DNA from: Minisyncoccota bacterium
GTDB taxonomy: Bacteria > Patescibacteriota > Minisyncoccia > JAHIHE01 > JAGLIN01
DNA: 64,000 bases
NCBI GenBank assembly: GCA_041661265.1
Contig: JBAZUT010000004.1
Coordinates: 63,980 to 127,979, forward strand
Direction: 5' to 3'
Part shown: positions 1 through 9,486 of the stretch, piece after piece
Layout: every line of letters begins with the position of its first letter
Numbering within the stretch: position 1 is the first letter of the stretch
Made by a program: the position numbers and the translations under genes
Notes under the pieces: model-generated
Told to the model about the DNA's origin: nothing
The model's database searches: none
What the model saw: the letters and a program-made list of their open reading frames with translations, nothing else

Positions 1-132
1 AATCAATTAATATGCGGAATGATGGATCGGCATAACCTTATTCGGAACTTGTGGCGGGAGTCGAATAGAATTAAACTGTAGAAAGTGACAAAGGTATTGG
101 AAAGGCGTTATTGCGTTATATCATTAAACTAT

Positions 133-1170
133 ATGGTTACTATAATAATTCCAACTTACAATAGACCTGATCGTTTAAAAAGACTCTTGGGCTATTTCAG
201 TGATTCCGGAATCCATGGTAAGATAATAATTGCGGATTCAAGCACTTCTGAAAATAAAAAGAGAAACAAAGCGATCGTTTCGTCTTATTCTGGAATGGAT
301 ATTTTGTATCTTGATCACTTCGCGCCTGACACTATTGGATGGGTTAAGTGGGGAGAAGCAATCGGCCGATCCAATAGTAAATACACGGTCATTTGCGCAG
401 ATGACGATTTTATTGTCCCGAAATGCATAGATGAGGCTGTGAGCTTCCTTGAAAAAAACTCAGATTTTGTCTTGGCGGATGGGGCTTATGTTTCTTTCGA
501 AGCAGGAAAGGGGGCAGAAGAAAAATCACGATTCTTGTGGCGGCCTATCTATCCTCATAAAACAATTGATTTTTCGGATCCGGCAACCAGGGTTGCTTTT
601 CATTTTGCCAATTATTATCCTACTTTGTTTTCAGTGCATCGTACCTATATTCTCGAAATGATCTTTAAACAAACGGTGAAATATTCTATGGAAAATGGAT
701 ATATGGGAGAGCTTTTTTGTTCAATACTATCTTTGATTTATGGCAAATCGAAAAGTCTTAATAGTCTATATTCAGCCAAAGAATCTATTTCTGATTCATA
801 TAGTAAAGTTCATGAAGATGTTGATGATTTGGTTGATAGGGGCAGCTATGGAGCGCTATATAAGAAATTCAAGCAAGGCTTGGTGATAAATTTATGTAAA
901 GAAGCGAGAATAAGCGAGGAAGAAGCTGGCAAGGTCATTGATGCAGGAATGAATATATATCTTAAGAAATATTATTTTAATTCCGGAGTCAGGATTAAAA
1001 AAATTCTGCGTGAGACAAAGTTACCGTTTGGACTGAATCAAGTATTGAGATCTATTTATGTAAAAATGCTAAAGCACAAACAGCCCAAAGGCTATTCGGA
1101 TGATTTGGCCAATAGCGAAAACTTTAAGAAAATTCATGAGGCAATTATGACATATTTAGATGATAAATGA
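133..1170 (+). CDS. Family 2 glycosyltransferase (GT2).
   Basis: N-terminal IIIPTYNRPDRL motif typical of GT2 and an acidic ADD/DDD region. The longest ORF begins at GTG 85; the ATG at 133 just before the IIPTYN motif is the more likely start. Confidence 0.75.
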   Translation: MVTIIIPTYNRPDRLKRLLGYFSDSGIHGKIIIADSSTSENKKRNKAIVSSYSGMDILYLDHFAPDTIGWVKWGEAIGRSNSKYTVICADDDFIVPKCIDEAVSFLEKNSDFVLADGAYVSFEAGKGAEEKSRFLWRPIYPHKTIDFSDPATRVAFHFANYYPTLFSVHRTYILEMIFKQTVKYSMENGYMGELFCSILSLIYGKSKSLNSLYSAKESISDSYSKVHEDVDDLVDRGSYGALYKKFKQGLVINLCKEARISEEEAGKVIDAGMNIYLKKYYFNSGVRIKKILRETKLPFGLNQVLRSIYVKMLKHKQPKGYSDDLANSENFKKIHEAIMTYLDDK

Positions 1171-1350
1171 GCACGAGCAATATTCGAAAGTGTTCCAAGA
1201 CCTATGGTTGAAAAGTAGAGCATAGTGAATATATTTATTTCAGGTTGGCGCCAGGGGGATGGATTTCTCATTAAAGCTTTTTCTTAATAAAAAAAGTGCT
1301 TTTTCTCTCGAATGAGATAAATAGGCAGTATATAGCTTAATTAAAATTAA

Positions 1351-2121
1351 TTGAAAAATAATATGCAAAAAGATCCAATTGAACAATTTCGAGTTGAAGC
1401 AATTGAAAGAGCGAAATCATATCAAAACAATGAAGAGCTTCAAAGAACTTGGCAAAATTTCCACAAACAGATCGTTAAGGCGAAATATGCTTATAACTTT
1501 TTTTGGCTTGGAGTGCCAATCATCCAAGCACCACAGGACCTTCAGGCGATGCAGGAGATCATTTGGGAGGTCAAGCCGGACTTGATAATTGAAACCGGCA
1601 TAGCATGGGGCGGATCTATCGTGTTTAGCGCTTCTATGCTTGCTATTTTGGAGGCATGCGGCAAGATTGAGCATGGAAAAGTTGTTGGCATTGATACCGA
1701 TATTCGTCCTCATAATAAAAAGGCCATCCTTGCTCATCCTTTGAGCAGTAAAATCACAATGATAGAAGGGTCGAGTACGGATAAGGCAATAGTGCGGCAA
1801 GTCATGGAGATCGCAAAGACCAAGAAGAGGGTTCTGGCTTGTTTGGACAGCAATCATACGCATGATCATGTACTTGGCGAATTAAGAGCATATGCTCCAA
1901 TGATAAGCGTGGGGAGTTATTTTGTCGTTGGGGATACGGGAGTTGAAGATTTGCCTTCTGGGACGACTGATAAAGATCGGCCGTGGGGCAAAGGAAATAA
2001 TCCTAAAACGGCAGTATGGGAATTTTTAAAAGAAAATAAAGATTTTGAGATTGACAAAAGTATTGATTCAAAACTTATAATTACCGGTTCTCCCGATGGA
2101 TATTTAAAGCGAGTTAGATAA
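1351..2121 (+). CDS. CmcI / cephalosporin-hydroxylase-family class I SAM-dependent methyltransferase (sugar O-methyltransferase type).
   Basis: LIIETGIAWGGS glycine-rich SAM-binding stretch, conserved GVDTDIRPHN and CLDSNHTHDHVL motifs typical of CmcI-like methyltransferases in glycan loci. Confidence 0.7.
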   Translation: MKNNMQKDPIEQFRVEAIERAKSYQNNEELQRTWQNFHKQIVKAKYAYNFFWLGVPIIQAPQDLQAMQEIIWEVKPDLIIETGIAWGGSIVFSASMLAILEACGKIEHGKVVGIDTDIRPHNKKAILAHPLSSKITMIEGSSTDKAIVRQVMEIAKTKKRVLACLDSNHTHDHVLGELRAYAPMISVGSYFVVGDTGVEDLPSGTTDKDRPWGKGNNPKTAVWEFLKENKDFEIDKSIDSKLIITGSPDGYLKRVR

Positions 2122-2327
2122 TGTAAAATGAATTTTAAGTTGAATGCAGTAGTATTTATCAAGGGAAAAAGGGTCAAGTCTTAACATTTCACTTTATTGC
2201 ATCGATGTTCGTTTTGAAATTTGTTATACGTTAAGATTTGACTCTGTATGTATTCTGTTTCACAGAAGCTCCGGTGCCAAAATTTTAGACATAAAAAAAG
2301 AGCAGGATACTTTTTTTCCAGCTATGT

Positions 2328-3194
2328 TTAGCGTAGAAGAATAAGAATTATTCCTGCCACTCCGGCTAAGAATCCCAGTTTTTCCGCTTTTGAAAGCGAT
2401 TTTTTTTCTTTGAACAGGAACCATCCGACTATTATCGGTATGGTTGTGACGAGAACGCCTTTTAGCGGGGAGACCAGGCTGATCGGTCCTCCAAGCTGAT
2501 ACGTCCAATATAGCGCGAACAGCGATCCGATTATGGCGAGGCTGAGAGGCAGAACGATCATAAGCGTTTTCTTTGACACTTTCAATGGATTCTGTTTCTC
2601 AAGCATCAGGATCGGTATCGAGCCCAGAAAGGCTCCGCCATACCATGCCATAAGAAATGTCTCACGGTTTACGGTATATGAGAACACTTTCAGCAGGAAA
2701 CTTGCTGTTCCGAAGATCATCACCATTCCGAGCGTATAGAACAGCCATTTCTTGTCCAGAGAGGACTTCTTTCCATTGTCATTCTTCGGCAATCGGAACA
2801 GCCACATAGCCATAAAGCAGAGTCCCGCTCCAAGGATCATCTGGAAGTTCCAGAGGCTGCCTTCTTTCAGAAATATTATCGCCAGAAGAACTGCCCAAAC
2901 TTCCATGAGAGGCAGGAATAAAACGCTTCTGCTCAGGCTGATCTCAAACGCGCGCCATTGGAAATAGTTTCCGAAAGCATTGATGAGGCCGACTATCCCG
3001 ACCCAAATAAGCATCGGACCCGGATCGTTATTTCCGCTGAAAACATACAGAAAGATCGCGATAATGGCGCAGAATAGATATTGATAGAAGATGCCGTTAG
3101 CTTTTTTGGGAGCGCTATCCGTCGCCACCTTGCTCAGGATCACGCTTGCAATGTTTATTACTGCGAGTATTAATAGTGCATATTGCCAGATCAT
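2328..3194 (-). CDS. Polytopic integral membrane protein, about 9-10 TM; tentatively DMT/EamA-like transporter or glycan-associated membrane protein.
   Basis: 288 aa, hydrophobic throughout with regularly spaced TM segments, short loops, no soluble domain. Convergent with the upstream methyltransferase gene. Confidence 0.55.
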   Translation of the reverse strand: MIWQYALLILAVINIASVILSKVATDSAPKKANGIFYQYLFCAIIAIFLYVFSGNNDPGPMLIWVGIVGLINAFGNYFQWRAFEISLSRSVLFLPLMEVWAVLLAIIFLKEGSLWNFQMILGAGLCFMAMWLFRLPKNDNGKKSSLDKKWLFYTLGMVMIFGTASFLLKVFSYTVNRETFLMAWYGGAFLGSIPILMLEKQNPLKVSKKTLMIVLPLSLAIIGSLFALYWTYQLGGPISLVSPLKGVLVTTIPIIVGWFLFKEKKSLSKAEKLGFLAGVAGIILILLR

Positions 3195-3573
3195 ATTTAT
3201 TTCCTCCTTTAATAAAGTAATTTTGTTTTATATACATTCTATATTTTCCAGGGACAGTATTCGGTCGATAATTCAATATTGACCAAGTATTGTCCCCGGA
3301 GACGATGTATGATGCATAATCGGCTTTTAGTATTCTAGCCTATTCCGATATTTATTCAAAGAGCGATCTTTTCGTGGTTTGATCAACAAGCAGTAATAAA
3401 TACTGACTAAGCAGCATAACATATCCGCCATCATTAGTCAATCCAGGAACTGATCTCGGGCGATTTTTGCTTTATTTGAATGTTTTTTTGAGAGGTTATT
3501 TTCTTGCCAAAAACGGTAGATTAATTTAATATTAAAGATGTGATATTTAAGTTATCGATAAAATTTATATAGT

Positions 3574-4686
3574 ATGATGATTCCCTTGTCTCAGCCGGAT
3601 ATCGGCGAGAAGGAGCGAAAGGCCGTGTTGGACGTTTTAAAAACGCCGTGTTTGGCGTTGGGGCCGAAGTTGACAGAGTTTGAAGAAAAATTTTCCCGCT
3701 ATATCGGGACAAAATATGCGGTTGCCGTAAATTCAGGAACCAGCGGATTGCATCTCATCGTACGCGCACTCGGTATCGGGCGCGAGGACGAAGTGATAAC
3801 CTCGCCATTCAGTTTCATAGCTTCGGCAAATTGCATTTTGTTTGAAAATGCGAAACCTGTTTTTGTCGATATTGATCCCGATACTTTGAATATCGATGCC
3901 GGAAAAATTGAAAAAGCGATCACAGACAGAACGAAGGCGATAGTGGCGGTGGATATTTTAGGCCATCCGCTGGATTGGGATCGGGTTACAAAGGTGGCAA
4001 GAAAAAATAAATTAAAGATAATAGAAGACAGTTGTGAAGCTTTTGGCGCCGAATACAGGGGAAGAAAATGCGGAACATTCGGAGAGGCGTCTGTTTTTGC
4101 GTTTTATCCCAATAAACAGATGACGACAGGCGAGGGAGGAATGATCCTGACTGACAGCCGAGAGATAAAAGATCTGTGTTCAAGCATGGCCAATCAGGGA
4201 AGGAAGGTTGAAAACGGGAAATGGCTGGAGCATGTCCGTTTGGGATACAACTATCGCATGTGCGATATCAATGCCGCTTTGGGAATAGCGCAGCTCTCAA
4301 GGATCAATGATATGTTCAAAAAAAGAGACAGGGTCGCAAAGCTTTATGATAAATATCTTGGTGGCGTCGATGGTGTAAGCGTTCCCTATGTCGCTCCGTG
4401 GGCGAAGATCTCATGGTTTGTTTATGTGATCAGGCTTTCTGGTAAATATGTCCGCAAGGACAGGGACAGGATCATGGAAAAATTAAAAGACGCCGGAATA
4501 CAATGCAGTAATTATTTTCAATGCATTCATCTTCAGCCGTTCTATAAAGATCTGTATGGTTATAAACGCGGCGATTTCCCGATCGCGGAAAATATTTCCG
4601 ATCACACGGTTGCTCTGCCTTTTTATAATAACCTGAGCGAAGATAAGATAAAGTACGTGGTCAAATCCCTGAAACGGATCATATAA
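3574..4686 (+). CDS. DegT/DnrJ/EryC1/StrS-family PLP-dependent sugar aminotransferase (PglE/WbpE-like).
   Basis: 370 aa. Motifs LSQPDIGEKERKAV, AVNSGTSGLHL, SFIASAN, EDSCEAFGA and SFYPNKQMTTGEGGM (PLP-lysine region) are characteristic of the family. Confidence 0.88.
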   Translation: MMIPLSQPDIGEKERKAVLDVLKTPCLALGPKLTEFEEKFSRYIGTKYAVAVNSGTSGLHLIVRALGIGREDEVITSPFSFIASANCILFENAKPVFVDIDPDTLNIDAGKIEKAITDRTKAIVAVDILGHPLDWDRVTKVARKNKLKIIEDSCEAFGAEYRGRKCGTFGEASVFAFYPNKQMTTGEGGMILTDSREIKDLCSSMANQGRKVENGKWLEHVRLGYNYRMCDINAALGIAQLSRINDMFKKRDRVAKLYDKYLGGVDGVSVPYVAPWAKISWFVYVIRLSGKYVRKDRDRIMEKLKDAGIQCSNYFQCIHLQPFYKDLYGYKRGDFPIAENISDHTVALPFYNNLSEDKIKYVVKSLKRII

Positions 4687-4722
4687 ACAAGATCAAATAT
4701 TTCAAATAATTATATTAAATCG

Positions 4723-6660
4723 ATGCAGCTGTTGGATCGTTTGGCAAAAAGCGATATATTCAAGAAAACCGCCGGAAAAAGAACAATGTTTTTTTTGATT
4801 TGTGATATAATATTCATAACCTTATCTTTCTATCTGGCATTTATTCTGAGGTTTGACGGGCAGATACCTTCGCAGTATTTTTTTGGAAATATCCAGTCGT
4901 CAATTTTACTTGCGCTCGTTGCCTGCGTTCCGATCTTTTATCTCTCCAAGCTGTACCATTTTTCTTGGTCATATGTCAGTACGCAAGAATTGATCGCACT
5001 TTTGAGAGCGGTATCTCTCGGGTTTTTGGTCATTGGCGCATCGTTGTTTATTTTCAGGGATTATAGCGCGTTTAGCGGATTTCCCCGCTCGGTTCTCGTG
5101 ATCAGCTATTTTTTGGTTTTGTTTTCAACCGGGCTGATCCGTTTTTCGAAAAGAATTTATTTGAATATTGCGAGCGGCAAGGGTGAAGCCAAAAATGGAA
5201 AAAGGACGTTGATCGTGGGGGCCGGAGACGCGGGGGAGCAGATCCTGCGGAGCATTCAAACGGGAAAACAGAGAATGTATCTGCCGATAGGGTTCGTGGA
5301 TGACAACCAGATGAAACAGAAAGTTATAATCCATGGCTTGAAAGTCTTTGGTTTTATCGATAATATAACTGAAATCGCAAAGACTGAGAATATCGAGGAG
5401 ATGATCATTGCGCTTCCATCGGCCGGATCAAAGACCATCAAGAGAGCGGTGGAACTTGGGAGAAAGGCCGGAGTAGGGAATATAAAGATACTTCCGTCGA
5501 TGGCGGAGTTGATCGGTGGAAAAGTTTCGATCGGGAACATCAGGGAAGTTGAAGTGGAGGATCTTTTGGGCCGGGAGCCCGTGTCGGTTGATACTGAAAA
5601 GATCGAAAGATTCATAAAGGATAAAACTGTCCTGATCACAGGCGCGGCAGGTTCGATCGGAAGCGAGCTTTCAAGGCAAGTTGCAAAATTCAGACCCCGG
5701 AAGCTTCTTATTTTGGACCAAGATGAAACGGGCATGTTCTATATAGCGAATGAGCTAAAGGCGAATTTTTCCAATTTACAGATTGTTTCAGTTATTGCGG
5801 ACATCAGAGATCCGAATAAAATAAATGAAGTATTCAAGCAATTCAAGCCGAATATTGTTTTCCATGCGGCCGCCTATAAGCATGTTCCTCTCATGGAAGA
5901 GAATCCCGAAGAAGCGGTGAAGAATAATATTTTTGGCATGAAGACCGTTTCGGAAGCTTCTTTGAAACATGGCGCCGAGAAGTTTGTTCTTATATCGACT
6001 GACAAAGCGATCAATCCCACTTCGGTCATGGGTGCAACCAAGCGGGTTGGAGAAATGATATCGCAAGTTTTGAATCAAAAGGATCACACCAAGTTTGTTT
6101 CGGTGCGATTCGGGAATGTCTTGGGAAGCAGGGGGAGCGTCATTCCCACTTTCAAGGATCAGATAAAGCGGGGTGGACCTGTGAAAGTGACGCATCCGGA
6201 TATGAAAAGATATTTTATGATCACTTCCGAGGCATGTCTTTTGGTCATGCAGGCGGCGGAAATGGGCGGCGGCGGAGAGGTTTTTGTTCTGGATATGGGC
6301 GAGCAGATCAAGATCGTGGATCTTGCAAGGGAAATGATCAAGCTATCCGGCTTTAAGCCCGATGAGGATATGCCGATCGTTTTTACAGGTGTGAGGCCGG
6401 GAGAGAAATTATATGAAGAGATCCTGACTCCAAAAGAGGGTACTGTGGCGACAAAGAACAACAAGATATTCATTGCAAAGCTTGCTGCAACGGATGAACG
6501 AAAACTTAATGATGGGATGGGAAAATTGAAAAACATCATGTATAATTCAAATGGTGCTGAAATTAAGCGAGTTTTGAAGGAATTAGTGCCAAGCTATAGT
6601 GGAGTGTCGAATGTCGAAAGTGGAAAGTCCATAAAGTCAGAAAATAATTCTGGATATTAG
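4723..6660 (+). CDS. Polysaccharide biosynthesis protein CapD / PglF / WbpM-like membrane-anchored UDP-GlcNAc 4,6-dehydratase.
   Basis: 645 aa. Four N-terminal TM segments, Rossmann LITGAAGSIGSEL, YxxxK (AAYKHV) and downstream SDR-extended fold motifs. The 3' end of the CDS lies inside composite repeat copy A. Confidence 0.88.
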   Translation: MQLLDRLAKSDIFKKTAGKRTMFFLICDIIFITLSFYLAFILRFDGQIPSQYFFGNIQSSILLALVACVPIFYLSKLYHFSWSYVSTQELIALLRAVSLGFLVIGASLFIFRDYSAFSGFPRSVLVISYFLVLFSTGLIRFSKRIYLNIASGKGEAKNGKRTLIVGAGDAGEQILRSIQTGKQRMYLPIGFVDDNQMKQKVIIHGLKVFGFIDNITEIAKTENIEEMIIALPSAGSKTIKRAVELGRKAGVGNIKILPSMAELIGGKVSIGNIREVEVEDLLGREPVSVDTEKIERFIKDKTVLITGAAGSIGSELSRQVAKFRPRKLLILDQDETGMFYIANELKANFSNLQIVSVIADIRDPNKINEVFKQFKPNIVFHAAAYKHVPLMEENPEEAVKNNIFGMKTVSEASLKHGAEKFVLISTDKAINPTSVMGATKRVGEMISQVLNQKDHTKFVSVRFGNVLGSRGSVIPTFKDQIKRGGPVKVTHPDMKRYFMITSEACLLVMQAAEMGGGGEVFVLDMGEQIKIVDLAREMIKLSGFKPDEDMPIVFTGVRPGEKLYEEILTPKEGTVATKNNKIFIAKLAATDERKLNDGMGKLKNIMYNSNGAEIKRVLKELVPSYSGVSNVESGKSIKSENNSGY

Positions 6661-6837
6661 ATGCTAATTGCCCTATTGTTATATTGTCCCATTATTGAAT
6701 TGTTCTTTGCTTCAGTGGATCATGCTTTCTCAGAGTACTGACCTCCTTGGGGAGGTACAGAGCTCTCCGAGTTCTTTCGTACGTTGCCTCAGAGGATCCG
6801 ACCTCTTGGGGGAGATACGGACCTCTTAGCAAAGAGG
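6601..6837 (+). repeat. Composite repeat, copy A. A 5' (A)AAGTC/GAAAGT oligomer array is followed by an AT-rich ATTGTT segment and two GC-rich hairpin units of form CAGAG-N-GACCTC-N5-GAGGT-N-CAGAGCTCT.
   Basis: 6601-6766 aligns at about 80% identity with 8140-8286 (copy B); the same architecture recurs at about 11960-12080 and 13596-13750. The second hairpin unit is 6790-6837. The 5' part encodes the last ~20 aa and stop of the CapD-like gene. Confidence 0.7.
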
Positions 6838-6856
6838 GGAATGAATACTATTGCCG

Positions 6857-6884
6857 TTGACAGTATTATATATGGTTGTATAAT
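6857..6884 (+). promoter_or_regulatory. Sigma70-like promoter (TTGACA, 16-nt spacer, TATAAT) upstream of the AAA+ ATPase gene.
   Basis: ttgaca at 6857-6862 and tataat at 6879-6884, about 50 nt upstream of ATG 6936. Confidence 0.5.
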
Positions 6885-6935
6885 TAATATAACAAAAAGA
6901 CGCATAATTGTAATGCAATAATTACACATAGCAAA

Positions 6936-8138
6936 ATGGAGAGTAATTTCAAGAAAAGGCTTATATTAAGCCAAATAGAGAAGCATATTGATCACAAGAA
7001 TGCCATTGTGATCACCGGAATGCGACAAGTCGGCAAAACAACGCTTATGCGGTGTGTTTTTGATAAAATTATCGACAAACCCAAACTTTGGTTCGATTTT
7101 GATAATCCCCTGGATCAAAAAATATTTGAAGATATTGAATATCGGAATATTTATGAAAATCTGAAAAATCAATCGAAAGCAGGGGACGACGAGAGAATTT
7201 TTGTTTTTGTCGATGAAATTCAAAACTTTCCTGAGATCACAAAGGTGATGAAGTTTCTGATAGGTCAGTATGGCGTGAAGTTTTTTGTGACAGGGTCATC
7301 AAACTTTTATCTAAAAAACCTTTTCCCGGAGTCATTAAGCGGGCGAAAATTTCTTTACGAATTGTCCCCCCTGTCATTTCGAGAATATTTATATTTTAAG
7401 GAGAAAATCTCATTTGAGGATGCGGAAAATTGGAATATCGATAAGGCCATTAAATCTTCAAATTTGATCGATTTCAAAAAGCTGGAAGTGGATTACACGG
7501 AATTCATTACGTTTGGAGGGTTTCCTGAAGTTTGCCTCACGAAGGATCTGGCGACAAAGCGAGAAGTTCTAAAAAACATATTTGTGTCTTTTTTCGAAAA
7601 AGATCTGAAAATTATTTCAGACTATAGGGATATCCGTGAACTTCGGGACCTCATTCTTCTTCTTGTCCCGCGGGTCGGTTCAATGCTTGATGTGACGAAA
7701 ATTGCTTCCGAACTGGGCGTAAACAGAGTGAAGATATATGAATACCTCGCTTTTTTGCAAGGCACTTTCTTCATAAAACTTATCCCAAAATATTCAAAGA
7801 GCATCGATCGCACGGTGGCTGGAGGGAGGCGTGTGTATTTTTCTGATACGGGCATTCTTAATTCGATTGGAAGCGTGAATGAAGGGCAGCTTTTTGAGAA
7901 TGCAGTTATCAATCAGCTGGACAGATTCGGAGAAATCCATTTTTATAGGGGAAAAAGCGGGTCGGAAATAGATGCAATATTGGATAAAAAAATTGCTTTT
8001 GAAATTAAAACTAAAGGAACAAAGGAATATTTAAGGGATCTGGAAAAGAGATCCGAAGGAATTGGAATTTCAAACAGTTATTTGGTAAGCAGGGATTATG
8101 CGAATATTCCAAAAACGATCTTTGGGTCGATGCTTTAG
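6936..8138 (+). CDS. AAA+ ATPase of the AAA_14/DUF4143 type (P-loop NTPase with C-terminal DUF4143-like region).
   Basis: Walker A ITGMRQVGKTTL and Walker B VFVDEIQ. 400 aa, the typical length and architecture of the archaeal-ATPase-like DUF4143 family. Unrelated to the flanking glycan genes and bracketed by repeat copies A and B. Confidence 0.8.
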   Translation: MESNFKKRLILSQIEKHIDHKNAIVITGMRQVGKTTLMRCVFDKIIDKPKLWFDFDNPLDQKIFEDIEYRNIYENLKNQSKAGDDERIFVFVDEIQNFPEITKVMKFLIGQYGVKFFVTGSSNFYLKNLFPESLSGRKFLYELSPLSFREYLYFKEKISFEDAENWNIDKAIKSSNLIDFKKLEVDYTEFITFGGFPEVCLTKDLATKREVLKNIFVSFFEKDLKIISDYRDIRELRDLILLLVPRVGSMLDVTKIASELGVNRVKIYEYLAFLQGTFFIKLIPKYSKSIDRTVAGGRRVYFSDTGILNSIGSVNEGQLFENAVINQLDRFGEIHFYRGKSGSEIDAILDKKIAFEIKTKGTKEYLRDLEKRSEGIGISNSYLVSRDYANIPKTIFGSML

Positions 8139-8139
8139 C

Positions 8140-8312
8140 GGAGTGTCGAACGTCGGAAGTAGAAAGTAGAAAGTCTATAAAGTCGGAGAAAGATTCCGAA
8201 TATTAGATACTAATTGTTAGATTGTTCTATTGTTGAATTGTTCACTTTCTCAGAGCACTGACCTCGCGGTCGAGGTGCAGAGCTCTGTGAAAAGGGGTGC
8301 AGACCCCTTGCG
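8140..8312 (+). repeat. Composite repeat, copy B, starting 2 nt after the ATPase stop codon.
   Basis: Direct repeat of 6601-6766 (GTCGAA/AGTAGAAAGT oligomers, ATTGTTGAATTGTTC, CAGAGCACTGACCTCGCGGTCGAGGTGCAGAGCTCT), followed by a second hairpin AAGGGGTGCAGACCCCTT at 8291-8310. Confidence 0.7.
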
Positions 8313-8347
8313 CTAAAGGTTTATATTTACTAAAATAAAACAATCAT

Positions 8348-9274
8348 ATGGAGGAAATCGGGAGAAAAGAGGGTGAGGAGGTTTATTTAATCGATTATGT
8401 AAAAGTGATGGTAAAAAGAAAAAAAGTGATCACGACGGTGGTCTTGAGCGTTGTTGTTTTGGCGACAATCGTCAGTTTGGTCATGAATAGGGTATACAAG
8501 ATCGAATCCGTGATTGAGATCGGTACGGTATCGGTCGGTGCGCCGATAGAGAGCCCGGAACAGGTGTTGCAGGGGATCAAAAGGGATGTCTATGGCGCCA
8601 TGGTCAGGGAAAAGCTTGATATTTCCGAAACGGATTTCCCTAAGATAAAGACAGGGAATACTTCCGGGACGAATTTGATCTCAATGGAAATTAATTCCAA
8701 TAGGGCTGATCAGGCGAAGAGTGTTTTGGATGAGTTGAGCAATCTGATCATAGCCGGTCATCAGGAAAAGACAAAAGACGCAAAAGCACTTCTGGAAAGC
8801 GAGATTGAGTTAAGGAAGAAGGATATTGAAACTGTCGGTAAGGACGTTGAAAGAGTGAAAGCTAAGATCGTTTTTTTGGAGGAAGAAAGAAATAATCTGG
8901 ACGCGAAAGTTGCAGCTTTGCAGAAAGTGCTGGTTTATCGGCAGGATGCAGGAAGTCAGTTCGCCCTTTTTGATACAAAAGAAAAACTGGCATCAAAAAA
9001 ACAGGAAATAGAGAATACTTATATAGAAGTCAATTCCTCGGAGAACAATATAAATGCAATAAATGGGCAGATTAATATACTGGAAAAACAGATCTCTGAT
9101 ATCCGCATGACAAAAGTGGTGAAAGGTCCGGCTGTTTCTGAGAAAATTGTCAGTCCGGATATTGTTTCCAATCTGATTATTGCAGTGATATTCGGGTTAT
9201 TCCTGGGCATATTCCTGGCTTTTGTGATGGAGTGGTGGGAGAAGAACGGCAAAGAAATGAAAAGTGAAAAATGA
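8348..9274 (+). CDS. Wzz-like polysaccharide co-polymerase (chain-length determinant family).
   Basis: 308 aa. N-terminal TM after a charged leader, long coiled-coil central region, C-terminal TM (LIIAVIFGLFLGIFLAFV): PCP-1 topology. Confidence 0.65.
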   Translation: MEEIGRKEGEEVYLIDYVKVMVKRKKVITTVVLSVVVLATIVSLVMNRVYKIESVIEIGTVSVGAPIESPEQVLQGIKRDVYGAMVREKLDISETDFPKIKTGNTSGTNLISMEINSNRADQAKSVLDELSNLIIAGHQEKTKDAKALLESEIELRKKDIETVGKDVERVKAKIVFLEEERNNLDAKVAALQKVLVYRQDAGSQFALFDTKEKLASKKQEIENTYIEVNSSENNINAINGQINILEKQISDIRMTKVVKGPAVSEKIVSPDIVSNLIIAVIFGLFLGIFLAFVMEWWEKNGKEMKSEK

Positions 9275-9297
9275 AAAGTGAAAAATGAAAAGTGAAA
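9256..9297 (+). repeat. Three tandem copies of a 14-bp unit (AATGAAAAGTGAAA) spanning the Wzz stop codon.
   Basis: Perfect tandem copies at 9256-9269, 9270-9283 and 9284-9297. The last codons (EMKSEK) and the stop at 9272-9274 are encoded by the repeat. Confidence 0.85.
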
Positions 9298-9433
9298 AAG
9301 TAAATAGCACAAAGTGAATAGTAAATCGTAAATGGTAAATCGAGTTTATTGGTTGATTGTTGAGAGAAGTTAATAAAAATCAAGCGAAACTGAGCAAGTG
9401 GCATTTCCTAAAACCGAGTTTGGGCCAGATGCG

Positions 9434-9476
9434 CCTAAAGCTTAGTTTTAGGAAAATCCTAAAACTAAGCTTTAGG
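9434..9476. repeat. Perfect 19-bp inverted repeat with a 5-nt loop (CCTAAAGCTTAGTTTTAGG aaaat CCTAAAACTAAGCTTTAGG), copy 1.
   Basis: The identical palindrome (loop ataat) recurs at 48400-48442. It lies 10 nt upstream of the ATG of the O-antigen-ligase-family gene and about 160 nt downstream of wzz. Extra CCTAAAAC half-site at 9410-9417. Confidence 0.85.
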
Positions 9477-9486
9477 AAGCAGGTCT

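Noticed and set aside
1417-1869. 150-aa - strand ORF inside the CmcI-like methyltransferase gene, and 5256..5735 / 5788..6195 / 6159..6539 (-) ORFs inside the CapD-like gene.
   Set aside because: They are fully nested antisense to well-supported genes with conserved motifs. No independent signals.
6601-8312. The direct repeats flanking the ATPase as transposon terminal repeats / classic IS element.
   Set aside because: No transposase or integrase is present and the repeats are direct (not inverted) and about 150 bp. Recombination between copies of a miniature repeat element is more parsimonious, so this is reported as a cassette or MITE finding instead.
9256-9340. Possible CRISPR array (short direct repeats of GAAAAGTGAAAAAT-like units).
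   Set aside because: The units are contiguous tandem repeats without unique spacers, only 14 bp long and AT-rich. There are no cas genes in the window and no CRISPR-like repeat-spacer architecture anywhere in the 64 kb.
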